Source: a bacterium (lineage in GTDB: Bacteria; Patescibacteriota; Gracilibacteria; Absconditabacterales; Absconditicoccaceae). From it: DNA of 42,914 bases. Both the position numbers and the translations under genes were made by a program. Position 1 is the first letter of the stretch, and every line of letters starts with the position of its first letter. The notes beneath the pieces are model-generated. The model made no database searches. It was not told the origin of the DNA and was given only the letters and a program-made list of their open reading frames with translations. Below, piece by piece: positions 11,510-22,925 of this stretch. The stretch covers positions 1 through 42,914 of the forward strand of contig JAHDCT010000001.1 of NCBI GenBank assembly GCA_020629735.1, given 5' to 3'.

Positions 11510-12004
11510 ATGATAATACCAGGTACCACAAGTATGTCAGTATCAATAGGGAATATGATGCTTGGCATTGCTTTACTAAAGGGCGGCATTATGCCGGATA
11601 ATACAGAGCATACGCTCAATTTCGTCTCGGGCGTTGGCTTTGAAGACGATATAAATAAATTCTATTTTAATAGTAGTTGTTTTGTAAACACAACAAAAGG
11701 TAATAATACTTTTTTAGAGTTTACGAAAAACTACACTCAGGGTTCAGTCAATAACCTTGCAGCTCTTCAAGTTGAGATGTGTGAAACACCATCTTTCAAA
11801 GACGAAGAAGGGGTCTTGGTTTTTGGCAAAGCGACGCTTACCTGGTCTGATGGCAAAATAAAGTTCGCTAACATGGAGATAGAACAGTATGCACCCATTT
11901 CCATATCTGATTTAAATAAGCTTCACAAACCAAATAGCTTAGGTAAAATCAGTAACAATCTTAAACAATTTTTTGAACTACACGGCGTTGCCGTATCTAA
12001 ATAA
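11510..12004 (+). CDS. Hypothetical protein, paralog of 10787-11317 (164 aa)
   Basis: Open ORF with the motifs shared with the upstream gene. Confidence 0.75.
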   Translation: MIIPGTTSMSVSIGNMMLGIALLKGGIMPDNTEHTLNFVSGVGFEDDINKFYFNSSCFVNTTKGNNTFLEFTKNYTQGSVNNLAALQVEMCETPSFKDEEGVLVFGKATLTWSDGKIKFANMEIEQYAPISISDLNKLHKPNSLGKISNNLKQFFELHGVAVSK

Positions 12005-12015
12005 TTTTACGAAGT

Positions 12016-12096
12016 GTACAGGAAAACACCCGTGAAGAAAACTTTCGGAAGGGAAATACTGGTCTGCCATGATGTGGTTGGGCCAGTCTTTTTTTT
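12016..12096 (+). terminator. Conserved two-hairpin 3' element / terminator, copy B
   Basis: TCGGAAGGGAAATACTGGT is identical to copy A. ACTGGTCTG..TGGGCCAGT stem followed by a T tract. Confidence 0.6.
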
Positions 12097-13549
12097 ATGG
12101 GAGGATGTGGGAGCCTGGTTTTGAGATGAAACCGATAGATATAGAATTTTTCGCTTCATCAAGCGAGACTGTAAATTCATATAATCAACCATGACATGAA
12201 ATTGGGAGCTCTCTTGAAAGCTTATTTCTCAGATAATTTTGAAGAGGAAGAATTATCTTGCTTATCATCTCATTTTTATTTTTACTATAACTTGAACGAG
12301 GGAACTCTGTATTAAAAACATCTCTTCAAGGTGAGTTAATTAATTTCAATAGTATATCTACAGTTGCAGACTGAGATTGAATATCCTTTGAACTTAGCTT
12401 TTCTCATAAACAATATATCTTTTTTGAAATCCCATCTAGCAGAATATCTGAACTCGACTCTTTTATAATATCTTTCATTTTCACTGGTTTTTTGAATCCA
12501 GCATCATCATAAAACAAAACACTATTTTTATTTAAATAATCAGAATACAATCAACTACCTAAATCCTGCTCAATCTTAATTCACTCTTCATCCACATTCT
12601 CCTGCGACGAATCGTAATCTACGTACAAATGCGTTCAAAGACTTAAATTAATCTCTTTACATATTTTTTCTAACCTTTGCACCACTACTCAAGATTCAAC
12701 AATAATTAAAATTCTTCAATATCAATCTAAAGTTGTTAATGGTAAAGTTCAAAATCTTTCAACTCATCAAATCTCTTGACTCAACTTCTGATGAAATTCA
12801 ATACCGAATGAAGTCATCACATCATTACTCATATGTTGTAAGAATACTTTATGTGATATTCAAAATAGTCTATTCAAATTTTTCTTGCTTGGAGATGATA
12901 TATACTGATTTAACAAATAAAATAACTTTAGATATTTTTGATTTAAGATATCGTCATCTTTTCAGAAAGTATCATAAATTTGTCCGAGTAAATTTTTACT
13001 AAAATAATCATCAAGTCACTCAAAATCTTCATACTTAGAGCTGATTGTTGAGTTCTTTGGTAACTTACCTCATCAATCAATGATAAAAAATTCAAATCAC
13101 AAATATTGAACTTCATTAAATACTCACTTAAATTCTCTAATATTACTCTTTATGTAATTTACACTTATATTTGATCACATATCATTAATACATGTTGCTC
13201 ACAAATTCGCGACCGGAAAACAAGTTTCTTTAAGACTTGCATAAACATGAAATCAGCTATCGTTTCATAACAACCCAACCTCTTTCCTCATTCTAAAACT
13301 TAATTCAGCTATTCTTTTGATTAAATCTACCGTGGGAAACCTGAAATTTGTTTTTTCATCTTTCAAGTAAATAAATAAAGCAGACAATAAAATAAAAAAC
13401 GATGAAGTAAATAACGATCATTGCCCTCTTCTAAATTCAGAAAAAAAATTAATCTCACCAAAATCCACACTATAAATTCATGCATATTTCAAAATAAGAT
13501 GATTTAACTTTTTTGCGCTACTACTACCGTACAAATCGTTTACCTTCAT
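12095..13549 (-). CDS. Hypothetical protein (about 484 aa), possibly a degenerate GHMP-kinase-like fold with a C-terminal DNA-binding region
   Basis: Long ORF with TGA=Gly. GQGSLFTSSF and FGTLPLTTLDGYGRILIIV loosely resemble GHMP motifs 2 and 3. The start may lie further upstream. Confidence 0.6.
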
Positions 13550-13875
13550 TTTTTCTATAGTTCATTTACTTATATTACAGTATACAAAGTCGCCCAAACG
13601 TGATTTACTACCTTTTTTAGAAAATCAAAGATATATTTTCCTATTTATCTTCCAATATACTTCCGCAGTTAATATATCTTTTTTTAATCACACCATTCAC
13701 CATGGTATTACTTGCGGCAGACTAAGTACTATAGAATTTTGTAAATAAAAGTTACTTTTTTCTTTATCAATTGACATATTTTTAAAACATATAAAGTATA
13801 TGTATTTAGTAATACCAAATTATACATATATGTAAAAGAATAAAGCACGAAATATTTTTCTCTTTCCATCTCTAC

Positions 13876-13911
13876 AAAAAAAAACCTCCCAACCGGGAGG
13901 CTTTTCTTTTT
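13876..13911 (-). terminator. Intrinsic terminator of the giant surface-protein gene
   Basis: CCTCCC-AACC-GGGAGG hairpin flanked by A and T tracts. Confidence 0.75.
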
Positions 13912-13933
13912 ACCTATTCTACTTTACTCATTT

Positions 13934-16900
13934 CTATGCGTCAGCTCATGTAGCTGGGAGTAATGCTGGAAGTTCATTATCAAGAACTCACGCTGATCCA
14001 TGTTGCTCGAAGTCGAATGCTTCTAGTTCGATTTCTTCTTTCTTTTCTTCTATGATTGCAATAATCTTGTTGTCTTCTTCTGTGTATACGATTGGTTCTT
14101 CTTCTGGTTCTTCGATTACTTCTGGTACTGGTTCTTCTTCTGGCTCTTCAACCACTTCTGGATCATTACTTGGAGGCCTTGAACCTGTTCATCCTGTATC
14201 TTCTTTACTCATAAGTACTACTTGAGCTGGATCGTGATCATCTTCGTCTCCTCCATCGAATCCACTTTGATCGATTACGTTGTCGTCATCTAGGTCATCT
14301 GTTTCACCTGCTTGGTTAAAGTTTCCATCATCTGGTGTACTATCGATATCAAATCCTCGATCAGCTCCGTTATCAGAACTAATTTCAGCCCAGTTTCTAA
14401 ATACTTCGTTTCCTTGACTTGCGTCTACGATGTATGTTACTGGAATCGTTAGTGAATCACCTGCAGCAAGTACATAGGTCATTGAGTCTGCTGTTTGGTC
14501 TCCGTTATCTGTCCAGTCTGCATCGTTCAAGATCAATCCTACTGGGATATAATCTGTTACTACGATGTCTTCTGCGTATGTGTTACCTTGGTTTACAATA
14601 GTAATTTCAAAGTCAGCGTCTCCTTGGTCAATTACGAATGGCAATTCTCCTGTGTATTCCTTGTAAAGAGCTAGATCATGGTATGGATCTACTACAAGCA
14701 ATGCTGGATCATGGTCATCTTCATCTCCATTATAGTTATCAACTACGTTGTCTGTGTTGTCGTATACGTCGTCTGTTTGATCAGAGTTTGGTGTACTATC
14801 AACATCGTCTCCGTCGTCGTTACTAATTTCAGCCCAGTTCCATAGTTCTCCAATGATATGGTCATCTACGGTTACTGAGATATCTACCGTTACTCCTGTA
14901 CCTGGTTCTAGTGTTCCTGGTACCGTGTATGTAGCTGTTCCATCATCATTTACTCCCCAGTCTCCACTTGTTACGGTCAGTCCAGCTGGTACGTAATCAG
15001 TAATTACAATATCTGATGCTGGCATATTACCTTGGTTGAATACTTCGATAGTAAAGGTAGCAGCTGATCCTGGATAGAATGGTCCATCTGTTACAAGTAC
15101 TTTTGTAAGAGAAAGATCATATACGTCTCCAATTGGAAGTACTGCAGGATCGTGATCATCTTCATCACCTCCGTTCTTACCGTCTTCATCAATTACTCCA
15201 TCGTCATCAAGGTCGTTTGTTTCACCGTCTTGGCTGAAGTTTGTTGCGTCTGGCATACTATCTACGTCGTCTCCAAATGCTGCACCGTTATCTGCGCTAA
15301 TTTCTGCTCGGTTCACTACTTCTCCTGTAAGATCGTTTTCATAGCTGTTTACTACAAGTCCGATTGTTACGATTTCTGATTCACCTGGAGCAATCATGTC
15401 AGCAACTGTGTGAGTCGCTGTTCCATCTCCATTGTCATTCCAGTTTGCATCTGAGAGAGACAATCAAGCTGGGATGTAGTCTGTAATTTCTACTCCATCA
15501 GCAACGATATTTCATTGGTTTGTTACTCTAATTTCAAAGGTAGCTACATCTCCTGGCTCTACCACATCAGTCGTCACAAGGTATTTCACAAGTGCTAGAT
15601 CGTAATACGGATCAACTTCGATTGACGCAGGATCATGGTCATCTTCGTCTCCGTTTTCGTTGTTAATTGTATCGTCTTCTGGACTTTCTGCTAGCTCATC
15701 ATTTATTGTATCTGGTGTAGAATCCCAGTCACCTCCTAAGTAAGCTCCATCATCTGAGCTAATTTCAGCCCAGTTTGTTACCGTACCGAGGATGTAATCA
15801 TTTACTTGAAGATCGATGCTTACTGTGGTTGATTCTCCTACTGCAAGTTGATCAGTAATAGTCATTGCAGCTTCAGTAGCTGAAACATCATTCCAATCAT
15901 CGTCAGCTAATGTCATTTCAGCTGGAATGTAATCTGTAATGGTAAACATATCTGCTGGTACTGTACCTTGGTTTGTTACCGTAATATCAAATGTTACGAT
16001 ACTTCCTGGGTAGAATGGTCCTTTACTTGCAAGTGTCTTCACAAGTGCTAGATCATAGTAATCAAGCGTAATCATTTCTGGGTCATGATCATCTTCATCT
16101 CCTCCATTCTTACCGTCTTCAGTATTAATGTTGTCATCGTCTAAGTCGTCAGTTTCACCATCTTGGTTAAAGTTGATTGAATCTGGCGTACTATCTACAT
16201 CTGATGTTCCGTATGTTGTATCACTATCGTCGTCAGCAATTTCTGCCCAGTTGATAGCTGTACCTGTTTCTGTTCCGTTGTTTACGAATGAAACCATAAT
16301 TTCAGCTGTTTCTCCTGGTGCCAATGGTCCTACTGCATTGTTGTACGTAGCCACTCCTGCTCCAGCAGTCCAATTAGTATCTGCTAGGTCAAGTCCTACT
16401 GGGTAGTAGTCTACAAGTCCTCCGGCTGGGATTGTTGCGTCAACCGTACCTTGATTTTCAATAGTGATTACAAAGGTTGCTGTGTCTCCAATTCCGTATG
16501 CTGATGGTGCTCCTACTGGCAATGTCTTGATAAGGGCAAGATCATACACATCAATAATAATTTCAGCTGGATCATGATCATCTTCATCACCTCCATTTAA
16601 TCAATCTTGATCAATTACATTATCATCACTAAGATCATCTGTTTCCCCATCTTGGCTAAAGTTTTCTGAATCTGGTGTACTATCTGTATCACTTACCGTT
16701 GATCAATCAAACCCTAAGAATGAACTAACTTCTGCCCAATTAATTATACTTCCTGCTGGGGTATCCATATCTACAGTAAACTCAATAGTCACTGTATTTG
16801 ATGCACTTGCAGCTAGGTCGAATGGTTTTACTAATGTAGCTGTTCCATCACCATTATCATTCCATGCTGTATCATTTAATGTTAATCAAACTGGAATATA

Positions 16901-19900
16901 ATCTATTATTTCTATTGCTGTAGCGTCCATGTTCCCTTGATTTGTTACCGTAATCTCGAAAGCCACTGAATCCCCTGGAGTTACCACGTCTATTCCTGCT
17001 GCTACTACCTTAGCAAGAGCCAAATCATATACTGGTGGAGATACACTAATTGTTGCCGGATCGTGATCATCTTCGTCTCCATTTTCATTCTCTACAGTAT
17101 CATCTTCTGGACTTTCTGTTGTTTCGTCATTGATTGTATCTGGTGTACTATCAGCATCATTTCCATCATCTACACTAATTTCTGCCCAGTTGGTAATATC
17201 TCCATCTATCACTGTTCCATCAAAATCGAAGACAATGTCTACTGTCCCTGTTTCTCATGCTGCTAATGCTCCATAGTTATATGAAGCTGTCCCATCTAGG
17301 TTATCTGTCCATCCTGAATTTGTAGCGTTCAGTGTTAATCATGCTGGGATATAATCTGTGATTGTGAACCCTGCACTATCGATTGTTCCTTGATTTATTA
17401 CTGAAATAGTAAAGGTTACTGTATCTGTTATAAGATAAGGACTGTTATCTGGGTTAGCTACTTTTGTAAGTGCTAGATCGAATACTGGAATTACTACCTC
17501 AGCCGGATCATGATCATCCTCATCTCCTCCATTTAGACCATCTTGGTCAGTTACTCCATCATCATCTAAGTCATCTGTTTCTCAATCTTGATTGAAGTTT
17601 GTGCTATCCGGCGTACTATCCGCATCACTTACCGTTGACCCATCAAACCCTAAGAATGAACTAATTTCTGCCCAGTTAACAATACTACCTGCTGGCGCAT
17701 CTGCATCTACCGTAAATTCAATAGTTACTGTATTAGTTGCACCTGCAGCCAGATCAAATGGTGTCGCTAAGGTAGCTGTTCCATCTGCGTTATCTGTCCA
17801 TGTTGCATCATTTAGTGTTAATCCTGTTGGCATATAGTCAGTAATTGTAACTGCTGTAGCGTCCATATTACCTTGGTTAGTAACTGTAATATCAAAGATT
17901 ACTGGATCTCCTGGTAACACCTCATTGGTTCCTGCTGGTGTCGACACCACCTTTTCAAGGGCTAGATCGTATACTGGTTCTTCGGTAAGCGTTTCTTCTA
18001 CAGTCGAACTATTATTTGTTAATATTTCTTCTGTACAAGTACATGCTTCTGCTCAGATTTCCATCTCCCAAGAATATTCATTTAATACTGCAGCATTAGC
18101 TTCAGCTGTTGCTGATATAGACATTGAAATATCAGTACTAATTGTTTCACCTCAAGATACAGGGATATTCGTCCAGGTAATTACTCATGGGACTGATGTA
18201 TCTGGTACTACCCCATTTATTTCTGCTACAATTGGATTTTCTAGAACACCACCGTATGTATCTGTCAGCGTCACTGTTCAAGGTCTTGAATCTGGATTAC
18301 TTACAGAAATGGTATACGTATGAGTGCTTCAAGCAACGATCGCTGTAGAATCATTTGTTCACATAGTTTTTGATCAGGTTGGCAGCGGTGGTGGTGGTGG
18401 TGGCGTATACGTGTTTTCTATAGTTCATGTGTCTTCTGCATTGTTATTATCTGTTACATCTACTACAATTACTCCAAATCCGTAATCATATCATACTGTT
18501 GATTCGAAATCAAAGGTTGCTCAATTTGGTGCATTTGAACTAATAACAAATTCGTGAGTCATAGTAACACATTCTCATGAAGTAAGAGACATATCATTTG
18601 TCATAATCTCAGCTCCTTGAATGACTACTGAAGCACCCGCTGGCTCTCATGTAGTACTTACGTGACTTAGAAATTGTGCGTTATATGATACTGTATTAGC
18701 AATATTAGTCATATCAAATGCACTATCATTACAGGTAATTGACTCATATAAAACCGTCTCTCATGGTACATATGCACTCCCTCAAGCAGGTGGAGAAACC
18801 GTTGTTCACACAGAAATATCTTGACCTGGTCACTCAGCACATGCACTTACATCCAATGTCGCTGTTGTTGTATTATCATCTCCAGGATTTGTTCCTCATG
18901 GAATTATTGACTCTACTTCTGGATCCCATGAATATGTATCATATGAACATCCAACTGTATTACTCGTTGCCGCACATGGATAATAATCACTGAAACCTGT
19001 TGTATCAGTTCATTGACTCATGGAAGATGAGACGTGTGCAGAATTCGTATATGTTTCAAGAGCTCAACTTGCTGGACAGACTGGAATCAATTCGACAACT
19101 ACTTCCATAGTATCTGCAACATCACAGGTAAGAAATCAAGTAATTGCTACTCAACTGCTTCAATTTTGTGCTATGTCTGCGTCTACAAAAGGAATTCATC
19201 ATGCATACCTCACATCAGTCCCTCACACACTTACTGTTGTAGAGTTTGCAGCTATCGAATCTGCTAGATACGTATTATATTCTTCATAAGTAAGAGTCGA
19301 ATAAGCTCAAGTATCAGCACATACATCACCATCTGATCAACGTACTCCTACTTCAAGACAATCATTTCTTGTATAGAAGAGTTCTGGTTCATATACTGGC
19401 CCCGCTAGAGCTCAAGTATGTTCTGCTAATACTTCAAACTCGAAATCTGCTGCTGATAAGTTTGCATTTGCGTAAGTAGGAATTATCTTCGCCATTGTTG
19501 ATAGAAATGAATCATATCATACAGCATCCAATGCCTCATTAAGCAGTCCAGTGTTAATATTTCAAAAGAAAGTCTGCGCCAAAGAACTAGATAAAATACC
19601 ATTTAACGCATCCAACTGAGTTAGTGTTTCTGCGTCAGCAAGAGCTGGAGTATATCCGTTTTGCAGGTAGAGATTATAGATTCTATTATACTGACATTCG
19701 TACATCCAAGAGTATACGTTTTGATACCCCGCTCAAGCTCATGCTTCATACCATTGTGCATATAAACTATAAGCATCAACAATTGCTGATATGTGGGCTG
19801 AAACAATCGCTTCGTCCTCAGAGCTTCAATTCGCAATATTAGTAGCATAGTATGTTTGAATTCATGCCCAATATGCTTCTAATACAGAAGCTTCAATTTG

Positions 19901-21943
19901 TAGTATTTCATTAAAGAAACTAGGATCATCTAAGATAGCATTTCATGTCGGAACAGATGTAAATCAACAACCTCACGGAGTATATGCTCCTTTAGCAAAG
20001 AAGAGAGGATCTGGAAAGTCTGACCGTAATTCAGGCGCCTCTGTTAAAGGAGGAAAGATTGAAAATGCAACCGTACCTCATCCAAAACTGTCGTATCTCA
20101 CTTCTGTGATTCATTCACACTCTACTTTTTGATCTTCAGCATATGCAGTTGTTAACCATTCTACATAATCAGTATCCTCTAGATAGGTAAATTCATCATT
20201 AGAAACTACTCCATTAAAGATAAAGTTATCCCCCCAATCATCACCAATATATCAATACGTCCACACAATTGGGTCAATTTCAGCAAATGACGCATTAATT
20301 GTCGCGTGAACTGGCTCTAACGGATTAACCGCTCATGAAATTGGAGCTCAACTTGTATCTGTAAATTCCTTACTATTCACCGCCCAATCATGTTGAGCAG
20401 ATCCTCATGGAGCACCTGGACATGAGTTCGCTGTTATACTAACTGTAGCCTCGCTTGCATTGTTACCTACATTTGTTGTATTTACAGCGTTTCAAAGCAT
20501 GATTTCAGTTCATCACGCTTGTGCTCCAGACCTTACTGTTAAGATTCAATCGTTTGCCTCAAAGGTAATATCTGAAAGGTTTTCAACCGTACCTGGATTA
20601 CATCATGCTTGTACATTATATGTTATCTCAATAAATCACTCATCAGTTCCTCCAGGATTCCCATCATCAGCTGTTAAAGAAATATCTCTAAAAACTAATG
20701 TATCCGTTGGATTAGGAGGTCATGCCATATAATAATCATATGATGTTAGTCAAGAAAAGTTAAATTGAGCTTCTGGCATATCAGCTCAAAGATGAGAGGT
20801 GTGAGAAGCATAAGAAAGAAATCCTCATCCTGAAGTCATCTGATCAACTATTACAATATCAGTTAGGTCTTGACTTGAGTTATTGCTATAGTCTAGTCTA
20901 AAAATTACCTGCTCTCCATCTGAATATGTCGTAGCTCATGTTCCTGCAATCGATTTTACAATATCGATATCAATAGGAGGCTGAGTTAACTGAACCTCTC
21001 ATGTATTGTTCCCACCTGGATCCGTTTCTGTACTCCAGTCTGTAAGGTATAATACTCAATCTCAAGTTGCAGATATATCAAATCTACCTATTTGAGCATA
21101 ATTATTAATTTCAAGAGCTCAGTTGACTAGCACTTCAAATGTTACGGTAATTGTTTCTCCTGCTGCTCAATCTACTAGGGGAACTGAATCCCATACCAGC
21201 TGATCAAAATCACCTATTGCCTCTACAACTGTTGGGGCAGCTAAACCAGGAATAGTACTTGTATATGAAACGTATTGTAAATTCCGATCTTCAAAGTAGT
21301 CAACTATTCTTATATCATTTTCAAGGTATCCTGAATTACCAACGGTTAGTGTAAAATCAACCATATCTCCTTGTGACACAACTGTTGATGTCGTTGTTTT
21401 ATCTAACGATAAATCATAATCATATGATGGAGGAGGCGAATATACTATTGCACTCGATGCTCCTTCTCAACTATAACTAGCTCCTGGTAAACACCCAGCA
21501 CAGTCTGTACTTTCGTTATTTGGAAGTGCTAGCGATCACGTATTTGAGATAGTATCTCACGCTACTGCTCATCAATCAACTATAAAATCTACCGTGATAG
21601 ATCCAGATTCATCTGCTGCCAGATCTAGTCAGCTCCACTCAAGCGTTCATGCCCCAATTGTATCTGGAGTTACACTTGCTGTGTCAAACGTCAAATTAGA
21701 TCAGAAGGTGTCAGTGATTGTAACTCAGTCTGCTGTTGCAGGTCATGAATTTACATAATCAATCTGATACGATACCGTATCTCAAGGACTAACATCTCAC
21801 GTTGTTATTAACGTTTTCGTAATTTGCAGATCGTTTGGATACGATTGGGCAAATACAAGATTAGAAAAAAATGCTTGTATCAGAAGCATTGTTATTGCAA
21901 ATCCTCTCAGCAAATTTGCAAAAAATCAGTTTTGTTTGACCAT
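13934..21943 (-). CDS. Giant secreted DUF11/Ig-like repeat surface protein (about 2669 aa) with acidic Ca-binding-like repeats and a terminal LPATG
   Basis: The matching ORF-track fragments (14189-21379) share one frame and are separated by TGA. Signal peptide MVKQNGFFANLLRGFAITMLLIQAFFSNLVFA. About nine C-terminal repeats of YDLALxK...F.ITV.NQG...TDY.P...NWAEIS.D...DSTPD...DEDDHDPA, a Pro/Glu linker, and the end ELPALLPATGADA*. Confidence 0.9.
14220..17975 (-). repeat. Tandem intragenic domain repeats (about 400-470 bp units)
   Basis: Recurrent GGATC(A/G)TG(A/G)TCATCTTC (DEDDHDP) and CCAGTT (NW) blocks. Units near 16560-16960 and 17500-17900 are highly similar at the DNA level. Confidence 0.85.
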
Positions 21944-22127
21944 TTTTTGTTTGTAAATATAAAAACAACGATAACATTATATTATGCAAACAGAATTTTG
22001 TCAAATTTCAACACACTTGTTTATAACAGAAAACTTTACTCGCTCTTTTCTCTTTATGATTACATAAAAAAACACTTCTCGATTTTTTCAAAAAGTGCTT
22101 CTATTTTTTCTCTAGCATATTACTTCC

Positions 22128-22757
22128 CTATTTTCTTGTTGCTAACTGGGTTACCCCATCATACACAACCTGACCTTCTTCAATCAACAAATCAACTGAA
22201 CTTGGAAGGAGAATAGAAACTTGTGATCACAACTTAATTAATCCAATTGTATCTGCAGAATCAACTTCTTCGTCAAGCTCTACGTAATCTACTATACGTC
22301 TTGCTAACAATCCTGCTATCTGGACTATTTTATAGGTAAATCAGTCGTCTGTTTGGAAGGTAAGTTCATTACGTTCATTTTCGAAGTGAGCCTTGAGTCC
22401 TCATGCATCTCTCACTGCGTTTAGAAAGCGTCCAGGTACATATTCTTCTTTAATTAGTTTACTCTTGAGTGGAGCACGCTGGTAATGAACGTTATGCAAA
22501 TTCATTGCAATGTTAATCAGATAACCTGATTCTCAAATATCTTCTGTCTGCGTTTCAAAAATAGCTGCGTACTTCTTTTTCACATCAACACTCTCTCCAT
22601 CTCGTTCTATAATACGGCTTACTTTTCCATTAGCAGGAGAAAGAATTACGTTTTCATCTTCAACTCCTACTCTTTCTGGATCACGAAGAAAATATCAAAA
22701 ATAGAAAAGTAAGAGAAGAACTAAAACCCCTAAAGATCGAGTAATAACGTTTGGCAT
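22128..22757 (-). CDS. psd: Phosphatidylserine decarboxylase proenzyme (209 aa)
   Basis: FLRDPER...ILSPANGKV, NVHYQRAP, ENERN, QIAGLLARRIV and the self-cleavage motif GLIKL-G(TGA)-SQV. Confidence 0.92.
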
Positions 22758-22857
22758 TATGATATATATTGAAAAATAGAATAAAGAAGACTACTGCATC
22801 TTTTGATTTACTATATGAATCTTTTCTAACGATGCAATTTTTCCTTTTCGCATATAA

Positions 22858-22891
22858 AAAAAAGCGGATTTGCTGTTAATTCAGCAAATCC
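22858..22891 (-). terminator. Intrinsic terminator after the UPF0182 gene
   Basis: GGATTTGCTG-TTAATT-CAGCAAATCC hairpin with an A tract on the plus strand. Confidence 0.75.
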
Positions 22892-22925
22892 ACCTCGAAT
22901 AAAGTTGTCGTCCTTCATTCATTAA

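Noticed and set aside
8191..12100. Integrative island anchored at the tRNA
   Set aside because: I found no integrase and no duplicated tRNA 3' end, and the accessory genes lie on the 5' side of the tRNA.
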